The notes beneath the pieces were generated by a model, which saw nothing but the letters and a program-made list of their open reading frames with translations, ran no database searches and had not been told where the DNA came from. The position numbers were made by a program, and so were the translations under genes. From assembly GCA_023515725.1 (NCBI GenBank), contig JALDTO010000155.1, positions 593,147 through 657,146 on the forward strand: 64,000 bases of DNA, in the 5' to 3' direction. Position 1 is the stretch's first letter; every line of letters begins with the position of its first letter. Shown here piece by piece: positions 54,411 through 64,000 of this stretch. The DNA comes from Amoeboaphelidium protococcarum X5. Lineage: Eukaryota > Fungi > Aphelidiomycota.

Positions 54411-55450
54411 ATGGCTAAAGGTTTCGAAAACTTATTAACAAATGGTGCAAGCTCTTGGTTTGATGCGGAATCAAAATGGAATAGTACAGATGCATACCAG
54501 AAGCTAGAGATTTTGTTATGCCTAGACCACTGAGAACTCTGTTATGCAACCTGCTCACCTTTACTGTATTATGGGACAAGTCTGGGATGCTTTCTCTGTA
54601 GATATGGCTGCAGATTTCATTTATTAGCGTGACTAATACAACTGACCAGCTATGGATCCTATTCAAGAATGTCTTTTAGCTATCGCTACTAAACTTAAAC
54701 CTTTAAATAAGAACATTGAGTAATTCCCTGTGTGTGTTGTAGTAACAAATGCTCTCAGATTATGTGCCTGTTATAATCAAAGAAGATAATAAAATTGCTA
54801 TATTAACCGCAAAAGCTCTTGTGTAGACTATTGAGTCTCTTAGCGATGGTTAGCGTAATGTTTTTGATCTCCTCCAGCCAAAATTTGATATGCCAGTACA
54901 GCCAAAACTCTCTTTTTTATTGGTTGTATAGCAGGATAAGGAAAGACGTATTGTAAGTTACACGGTGCGCTATAAATATGCTCGAGTGAATGCAAGATTT
55001 GCTGCTAACTTGGCCACCACTGGATTAGTCTCTCTCGATTTGTTCGATGCTTAGACTGTACATTCTTGTTTTATGGTTTAAATATTCGATTGCTCCTAAT
55101 GCTCACCAACTTCCACAAATAAGGATCGCCTATTTAACTGCAGTCATATCTTATTAGATGAAGTAACCCCATTGAACAGATATGCACCTGAAACAATCCA
55201 TAAGTATTTAGTAGAGTTAGCTAGGCTTCCTACTAATTAACTTGATCCAACACTTCCTTTGGTGGCACGCTCATTATACTTGGTGGCGATCCTCATCAAA
55301 CTCTGCCTATTGTCAAGAATGGAAAGCGTGCATAAATAGTACTAAATTCCATTGTCCCTTCTGCCTTATGGCATCATTTTTAGAAGGTTTAATTTATTGT
55401 AGATGTACGCCATGATGGAAATGAACCTGAATTTAACAATTGGCTAAATG
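54411..55450 (+). mobile_element. Helitron RepHel relic (PIF1-like helicase fragment, frameshifted)
   Basis: Spread over shifting frames: EARDFVMPRPLRTLL, LSDGQRNVFD, Walker A FIGCIAGQGKTY, ATTGLVSLDL..AQTVHS, ILLDEV, FGG.LIILGGDPHQTLPIV and SALWHHF...EFNNWL. Confidence 0.85.
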
Positions 55451-57868
55451 TTTGGAATGTAATCCTGATAAATATCCTTGTCCTAACTTCTTGATATCTC
55501 CACATTCCGTTCAACTGCAGGAAGATAATCGCGCCTTGTCAGTACATAGACTCTTATGCAATTGATACAATCATTAATATCTCCCAGTGAGTAGCCAGTG
55601 CACATCTCAATTCTTTGCAGTTCATCCTCCGGATCATTCGACACAGGGAGTCGGCACTCACACGCAACATAGAAGGCAGCCGCCGCTACAACACTTGGAG
55701 TAAATTCCAGAGACATTTTCAAATGTAGGAATATATCAATATTCTGCAGCGCATCTCTGAATATATCAAGTCGGAAATGATAAGGCTCTGGTGGATAACA
55801 TTGCTTACTGCTCTTTACAGCACTTGTCGCTGGAAACAGTTCAGGATACACCATGGTTGCCTTGCGCAAGTATAAACACAGCCAGTCAAAGTACGTAGGC
55901 GGCGTAAGTCTCCAATGCAAACTCTACAATATCGCAACGATAACTCCAAATGTTATATATAAATGTACAAAGCAATTAAAACTTACCTAAACAATAGCCA
56001 GTTCCACAGCATTAAATTACCCCACACTGAGATTGTTGCCACCTGTAAAGCGAATGATTTCTTTGACCGGTGGTGGCTATATTTCCTCCTTCTTTGATGC
56101 AATAAAAAGACATGCTGCAGCGACAATCTGATGCAAGTCGTTAGATATCTTTTTTGTAATAGAATAAAATCTATCCAGATAGTTGAGAGCCAACTAAAAC
56201 GTTTCCCTATGCAGCTTCATGTCTGTTGAAGTCTCCATCATCCAGTTTACAATAATCATTCTCATACCAGGATTGAGCTCCTAGTACTGAAAGTAATGAG
56301 GATTGGGCAGATACGTTTCCTCTACTTCTCTCCACGCAGTCCAAATGTCGTTCCGGAATTGAATTTCTTCAGAGAGCAAAGCTGAAATCTTGGGAAGATT
56401 CTGAGGCCATGGACTTTTTGGAGTCTTCAAAACTCGTCTCAAATCGTAAGGAGAAGAGGTGGATAGCCTTAAAGAGCAGCCGGGAAGATATAACTCATAT
56501 TTGAACTTGATCCACTTTCTTGAACATCCATTATCATCCAGTGCATCATAGAGTTCAAAGTGTTGACTCAGATCGTCATCTTCGCCGTCGACATCACAGT
56601 CAGGATCGAATACATTTTCGTCATCATTGAGCTCATTCAAGATATCTTGCGGAGTCTATAGAGGAATTGAGCACAAAGGATAAAAGGCTGAAGAGTGCTT
56701 TGGCTTTGCATCATTCACTCCCGCAGAAGCATTTTAGACGCTCTCTCCTTGTAATACTAGGGGAGATGTGCCAATAAAAGGATCCAGAGAAATATTTATT
56801 GTACCTGATGTAGTATACGAGTTGTTAAGATTATTCTGCAGCTTGCCAGCCTATCGCTAGAGTAACGATGTATCTAAAGTCTCGGAACAGTATAAATCCT
56901 TGCTCACATCGAGCTGAGGAGACGATGCAATAGCATTACATAGCAAGAGATGTGCCTTTTTAGCGGTTGGTTTAACAAACACCCCCAATCCACTGTTAGA
57001 TAGAGAAGCATGTGGTAATGCTTTAGCGCTTGCAGTACTTTAACTTTACCACTGGCAAAAATCAACAGTCCTGTCCCCAAAGTTGATATTATCACCTTTG
57101 AAGAATGGGGTATCATCTGGAGAGTTTGACGCTACAGACAATGGCTCTTTACATGTAAAAGTAAATCCACTAGGTGCATCTGATTATCTATCCACATAAC
57201 TAAATAGATTCTCCTTGGCGGATGAACTCCTGGCATTGTCATCGCCATCAGTGTTATCCAGCGACTCAACATTGATCGATATTTTGGCCAAAGATTCGTT
57301 ATTGAACATCTCCTTAGTCGACATACGCACTCTATCCACCTTTGATGAAGAGTGGCGGTTAAACCGTCTTGGAGATGGCGAACAGTGCGACTCCACAGGA
57401 ACAAACACTCTAGTATTGTAAGACCAACTAAGCTCAGACTTGATAAATTCTGCCGAAGGTAGAACATTTGTACCCATTGAGTCAGCCTGATCCATTCTCA
57501 ACTTTTTATTACTACTTGGAAGCATAGAACCACCATGTCTCATATCAGACACTGAACAGTTTTTGTTTGTGGGAGTAAGACTCTCATCATAGCCATCAAC
57601 TAGCGCTCTCTTCGCCCTCTCCTACAAAATACAAGAATACAAGTATGTAATAGACTTATTAAAGTGAACAAGTAGAACCATTATAAATACCTTATTAGAG
57701 GCGGACATTGAATTCAGCTCTTTAAGTGCTGATATTCTTGAGCTATTTAAATTCCTACCACTTTAAAGATAATGATGATGATACAGTTGATGACTGACTG
57801 ATAAATCAATGTAAAACTTACTCAGAATCTGTTTCAGCCTGTCCACTCTAAGACTGCACAATAGTCAT
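55144..57868 (-). CDS. Cyclin E-like G1/S cyclin
   Basis: Cyclin box MRMIIVNWMME...LHRETFQLALNYLDRF...LFIASKKEE and LHWRLTPPT. Introns 55924-55986, 57622-57690 and 57755-57821. First in-frame TGA at 55144 lies inside the Helitron relic, so the true end is uncertain. Confidence 0.8.
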
Positions 57869-58304
57869 GATAAGTTATACGGCAATAGTCAAACTGAGTT
57901 TATTCCAAAGCACACACTTCTAATATTGAATAAGATAACAAGATTGTGTGTAAATATGTGTCACAACTTCAGTGAGTGAAGAAGTGTAATACTACTACTA
58001 TACAGAAGATACTCGGTCTAGTCTTGTTTTTAAAGCGGAGGAGTTGAAACGAAAAAGGCGAAGAAAAATATCCACGCGCGTCAAAGCTGGAGAGAACGAA
58101 AGGCGAGCGATTTGTTCCGATTAGGCTGTGAACGGCAAACACTCCCCTATGAACTGAGCAATTGTGAAACGACAAAGTACTGCGATTTTGATCATACATT
58201 AAAGTGATACTGATGGTAAGAGGTATCGATAAAGAATTTAAATGATGTAATGATTGAATTAAAATAAAGATGTTGTGGAAACTATTTTATACAGAGCTGA
58301 CTTT

Positions 58305-59798
58305 TCATTTCATGAATCGACCAAAAAGCTTCTTGATCAACTTGTGTATCAGGCCTTTCAGACCACCGCGACTCGTTTTAGCATCATAAAAGTCCCTCAC
58401 CATTAGATTGTACATTGACCCAAAGTACAAAGCAATAACGGTGCTAGTCAGTGTTATCACATTGTAAGGCATACTGAAGTCAGGTTGAGCCAGTGTCATC
58501 AAAACATTTTTGCTATACACAGTCTGATGGTCTGACAATTTCAGCCAAGCAGGGCCGATATCATATCCTCTACTTGGATCAGGAGGATACTCTGAGTACT
58601 ACAAAAGTCTTTTATCATAATCAAACGTGATATTCGTATTCCCACACGGCAGATTAAGGTTCAATTTAATAACAGATGGCTGGACGCGGTCAATAGCTTT
58701 CTGATAAGACATAGAGACTGTCAGAGCAGTTGGCGGCTACACATTAAGAGTATGCATCCATAGCATTAGGAACCACGGATAAGCATCATGATATTCAACT
58801 TGTTATGCGGTATTCTATTGATCACTCGTGCAGTATCGGCTGATTTCAATATGCATCTATCCATAATCATCCCCACGACCAGAAATGTATTTAGAAATTA
58901 AAAATGCACTCAATGTATCACCGTATGAACTCGTTGTACCAGAAATCTAACCAATAACATCAGATTCAGAGTAGATACATCGTCGCACTGATCCATTAGA
59001 TTATTACGTTGAGCATTTCTTATCCAGTGACACGTTATGAAGTGCAGAATCATACTCCACTACAACCACAGTTTATTCAGAGACAAGGCTCAATCTCTCA
59101 ATCTAACCTCCTAGCAACTTTTGCAAATCCCAAACACCATCATGTCCAACTTTATACAGAGATTCAATTTAAATTTCAGCTACAGACTCATTTATATTCA
59201 GTTGGAAGGAATGATAATGAGAGTCCAGTATATTATATGGATTTATAATGCCGCGGATACCAGTTCCTTTGGGTGCGTTGTAAGTAGGAAGAAGCTTGAG
59301 AAGTGGAGTGAGATTTTCAGTACATACAGCCTCATTTAAACTACTCAATCTATAAGTGTAATCGTCAGTAGCCACGATACTGTTAAAGCCAGACTTTCCG
59401 AATTAAACGGTACTACAAAAGGCTGAAGATACTCGACTGAACAATTACTCAACATCGGACATGGATAATTCATCAAGTAAGGAGGGGCGATACGCTATCA
59501 AGAGTCCATTAGGCTAAGGATAAAAACTTCCATATCCATTCACACTCTAAGATACAAAGGGATTTACATTTCCTCTGGTGAGAGCAAGCTGCAACACGTC
59601 ACCATGACCATAAATGAATCCTTGTCGCAGCAATTAATCCACATCCACCCTGAATGTCATACGGAACCTCACATAATTCTTCTTGATAAAATCAATCTTT
59701 AACTCCTCAGAATATCCATTCACCTGAGAACTAAGTATTATGACCAAGACGCTTATTATTAGCAATACTTTGCTGTATAAATTTGGGATTGAGAGCAT
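58305..59798 (-). CDS. GPI16: GPI transamidase subunit PIG-T/Gpi16
   Basis: Signal peptide, EAVCTENLTPLLKLLP, YPWFL, EYPPDPSRGYDIG and PDFSMPYNVITLTST. Confidence 0.93.
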
Positions 59799-59985
59799 CT
59801 TTATACGCTGAATATCTGCTAGTAATCGTCCTTTACAAAGCAAGCGACCACGTTCGAAACAAGAACGCGCGCAGGTCCTGTCTTTTACAAAGCTTTCCAC
59901 TCTTACAGGTAGTCGTCCTAGCACTCATGCCGATTTCCCAGTGAGAAATTCCGCTGTATTTGAAACCAGAAAATAAATAATTACA

Positions 59986-60714
59986 ATGCAGTTGAGTAAA
60001 GAGGAGATATAGAAACATTTGGATTAGCTGGAATTACCATACACTGAAGAAATATTGGATTAGTTTGTATAAGAATTCAACAATCAGCCAAATTAGCTGA
60101 ATGCTGCTTCATCATATCGCTCCGATAAAGTTCCCGTATCATCTGAATCATATGATATCTCTACTCCTTCAGTAGACTCTAAAGTTGTAGTACAATATTC
60201 ATTAAGTGATCAAGATGAATAAATGTAATTTTAATAAGATAATAATTAAATGGAATTTAGTCGATAATAAGTCCTGGGTGAATTGAAACAGATGGGTTAT
60301 CATGATGTACCAGAGGATGTTATCGATGATATCCTCTTTGATCTCCATCATGAATAGAGAAGACTGCGTGAAGATAACATCCATGAGGCTTCTGCTCCTC
60401 CTCCTATAAATGGTATGAATTTTAAACGTGCAATTTTACAGAATCATGTTGATTTATCATCAGTTCGTCAACTCATAAGGGCGCAACGTTAATAACAGTA
60501 ATCGACCTCAGATCAACGATAAACTTCTACCAAACACTAAAGAGTAATAAATCAATTCTCATCTAGGCCCAAGTACAATAACAAGACAGACGTGGTGAAA
60601 ATGTATCACATGTATCGCAAGATTTGGGATAATGATTAATTTCTTCAAAGGCAAGAGGGGAAACTCAAACCAAAGAAAATGTTTAATGGTATTGGATACA
60701 AAGATGTAATGTGA
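59986..60714 (+). CDS. HYLS1: HYLS1-like centriole/ciliogenesis protein
   Basis: N-terminal LSKEEIQKHLDQL...LDQFVQEF, a second copy FSRQQVLGELKQMGY...DDILFDL, and C-terminal KTDVVKMYHMYRKIW (HYLS1_C-like). Confidence 0.65.
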
Positions 60715-60811
60715 TACGACTGAATTAATGACTAAAAGATATGTAAATAAAATAGTTGTGCGATTAATTTTCTGATAATAATACTCTTGTATAAGATTCA
60801 ATGATATGATA

Positions 60812-61447
60812 TCAAACGTCTTATTGATCAATATTTCTCAGTACAACTCTCTTGGATGGGTATCCAGCAGCTGGTGATTCCAGGACTGCATACTGCACTT
60901 GACCATTATCGGCCATCCAAACACTGATCTGACCATTGGCTATTGATCCACTGACAGAGAAACGCGTAAAAGCCTTGCCGTTAGAGTCATACATAATTCC
61001 ATGCACATTACTGCTGCCTCTATTGTGCTGAATGTAACCTTTGATTGGTTCACCGAGGATTAGCTTGGCGTTCTCATTATCTTTGGCCAGTTGTAGACAT
61101 TCGTCATACACTTTGGTGAATGATATATGCCTTTTACCGGTGATGAAATTTCCAATAGGATCATAGCCAGATAGTTCACTAAATAACAGGTATCCAATCG
61201 TGGCAGTAAGACCCAAGCCTGCAGTAACCAGGCCAACGTATGATGTTTATCTACCAGTGTAAACGACGCGTTATCCCGGTGTCATTTAACTCCATGAAAG
61301 ATTGTCCAAATTAGCTAGCTCATTTCTCTACTACAATCGGACCAGCTTTAATGACTTCTACGGCTTATTCCCATTATTTTAAGGCGCCGCTTAAGAGTAT
61401 AAGCGTCTAAATGCAGCTGGATACTTTTACTTGAAAAATAAACTCAT
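60812..61447 (-). CDS. TIM21: Mitochondrial import subunit Tim21
   Basis: SWSQMTPGQRV...LVTAGLGLTATIGYLLFSEL and LILGEPIKGY. Alternative ATG at 61459. Confidence 0.85.
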
Positions 61448-61689
61448 AGTGTTCTACATGTCGTATCTAATTCTATTTTGATTATATAGACTGCTCTTCT
61501 CAGCAGGCGCGGAAAAGGCGGAAAACCACTCGCTTCATTATCGCAAAGTTTTTGCTGTAGTTTTACTCTTTTACGCTCTCACTTCTTCTGTTCGGTATAT
61601 CAGGACGGTAAGGTATAAGGCTATCACTGCACAGTTCAAGTATATTTAATTATTAGTTTCTTTTAGAATCAATCTATTTAAAAATTAAA

Positions 61690-62523
61690 ATGGCGTAAGA
61701 GTACCGGTTCCCAACTCATAAACTCAAAGCTATAGATGAGAGCGATCCTAGGTAGCCGCTGGTTATCGTTGCCTGTGGATCATTTTCACCCGTGACGTAT
61801 CTGCATATGCGCATGTTTGAGATGGCCAAAGATTTTATAGTGACCACTCTGCCTGAGAATCCTGCAAACAGTTAATTATAGAACGCTGCTATTAATCAAG
61901 TTAATGTAGAAAGCGTTGCCCAGGTGGACACTATAAGTAGAGTGATGAATGTCGGTGGATAGGGATTTTAGTTATTGGGTGGGTATTTCAGTCCGGTGAG
62001 TGATGCGTATAACAAGCATGGATTGGCACCGGCTAAGCATCGCGTCAACATGCTCAAACTGGCTCTTGATAATGGCGGGAGCGACTGGCTTATGGTTGAC
62101 GAATGGGAGAGTTAGTAGAGCGTATTTCAGCGGACAGCTATTGTGTTGGATCATTTCCACCGCGAACTAAATGAGAAAATGAAGCCGTCTCGGCCAATAA
62201 GACTTATGCTACTAGCTGGTGGAGATTTGATTGAGAGTTTTTAAATCCCCAATCTGTGGGATGTTTAAGATCTTCATCATATATTGGGCGATTACGGTTG
62301 CCTAGTGCTTGAGCGAACGGGGGCAGATACCCATAGTTTCCTGCTGGAAGATGACATCTTATACATGCATCGTAAGAATGTGTTTGTTATCAAGCAGTTG
62401 ATCTAGAATGACATTTCCTCCACCAAGGTTCGCCTCTTTGTCAAGAGGGGCTTCAGCATAAAGTATCTCGTACCAGATGGTGTTGTCAAATACATTTACG
62501 AGAATCGATTGTTTCTAGAATGA
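61690..62523 (+). CDS. NMA1: Nicotinamide/nicotinate mononucleotide adenylyltransferase (NMNAT)
   Basis: [46 protein letters not shown] and [11 protein letters not shown]. Confidence 0.95.
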
Positions 62524-62622
62524 ATAAATATAGGTGAGAGATGTATCAAGTTATAGTACAGAAAAGAGATGTTAATAAACGCGTTTTTATTGTACAAGAT
62601 GTATCTCTTTCATTTAGAGTAA

Positions 62623-64000
62623 TCAAGTCCTGTTATTTCGCTAGTCAGCAGAGCTTGAGGACACTGAGCGCGGTCTGGAGCCAGATGAATTCTCAACGTC
62701 TGGACTTGCCAAATTACCAGCGGCCATTGGGACTTCAAGGTTGCCACTGAGAGGATTCACTTGACGCTCCTACTGAGTTTGTAGCACTTTGGTATTGTAT
62801 GAGCCGCAGCATTGACACTTGTGATAGAGGAAGTGATACTTGGTCTTGCTCTTCTCCTCGCAGTCATTGCACAGAATTACACTGTAAAAATCTTCATACT
62901 CCGCAGGCATGGTATGATTCTCGAGCATCTTATCAATCTGCTAAAAGTACGCGTTCATATTAGAAAGAGATTTCCAGCAGATGGGACACTGATACGAGTT
63001 CTTGATATGCTCATTGTAACATGTTAAATGGATACTATGCCCACAAGCCATAAATATTACCGTGCTCGTACTAGTGAACATGTAATCTTCACAAATCGGG
63101 CAATTTTAATCCAAATTACGCTCAATGCAACGATGATTATCTTTCAGATTCATCGCCAGGCAGACATTACATTTATCACAATGGAAGTAATCGATACCAA
63201 GTCCTCTACCAATACGACACAGACCACATTTATCGCAGTGATAGATACTCTAATTAGGATCATTATTCCAGAATTTGCATACATCGCAATAATACTTCGC
63301 CATAGTAGCCTAACAAGGAGGATTAGCGCATTGTTAAGCAGCTGGTTAAACCACTTTACATAGCATGCACATCATATTCACAGTGGCGTGTCTGTTAATT
63401 TAATGATCAGTCTCCTACTCATCATGACAAAGTCTGCAAGTGTAGAATTATCCGCAACAAGCAGCCTATAACTTACAAGACCTCTGATAATGCTTACATC
63501 CTATTAGGCGTACAGATTCATCGAAATACGTATTATCAAGAGCTGTGGGGGCGACATTGTGCTCAACTCCATGCAAATCATACACCACCGCGGCAGTATC
63601 CATATCAATCTGATCACCGCTTGTTATTGCTTAATGATTAAATTAAGATAATCTTTTAACGGGTGGCTAGTGTGAAAACTATTACATCATCAACTTTTAG
63701 ATACGACGGGCCTTCTCAGAGTTATCGAGCGCCAAGTCCTTCAGCACCTCCATAATCTGTCGACGTAATTATACTTACGCTTGATTCTCTGCTTAATCGC
63801 TGGAAGAGCTAGTTTACCCATTAATGTCCATATTGTCTCCACCGCCATTACTTGGATTCACAATAGAGGACGACTATTAGCCAGAGGCTTAAGATACAGC
63901 AGTCATCATTTAATAAGGCGACACTTCGACATAGACGCGATGCTCAGCTGCAGGATCACTTGAAGTATTGTCAGTCATTGAAAAATCAGATATATCATTC
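62623..64000 (-). CDS. RCHY1: RCHY1/Pirh2-like CHY-zinc-finger and RING E3 ligase (5' end possibly outside window)
   Basis: AACCGQFYTCRLCHDE, YYCDVCKFW, YHCDKCGLCRIG and NCPICEDYMFTS. TGA at 62623; possible ATG at 63978. Confidence 0.9.

Overview
Gene-dense eukaryotic, fungus-like nuclear DNA with few, short (about 50-80 nt) GT-AG introns. It uses a non-standard code: TAA and TAG encode Gln and TGA is the only evident stop, so the supplied ORF track is fragmented. Re-reading with TAR=Gln gives about 37 genes plus a tRNA-Gly(TCC). The code, together with fungal genes (velvet, ERG27, RTT106) and ancestral opisthokont or flagellar genes (HYLS1, cyclin E-like, TMCO1, GSKIP), points by inference to an aphelid such as Amoeboaphelidium protococcarum. 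The most interesting signal is a Fanzor1/TnpB-like RuvC nuclease locus at about 50.2-52.2 kb that is invisible in the standard code. It has two strong hairpins at its 3' end (candidate omegaRNA scaffold) and a duplicated 5' flank bracketing the tRNA gene. Other highlights: a DYRK-derived kinase with a predicted signal peptide, an MSH2 lacking its N-terminal domains, a Helitron relic that supplies the 3' end of a cyclin ORF, two unassigned structured-RNA candidates, and genes whose natural ends fall on TAA and run on into neighbours. All coordinates and translations were derived by hand.
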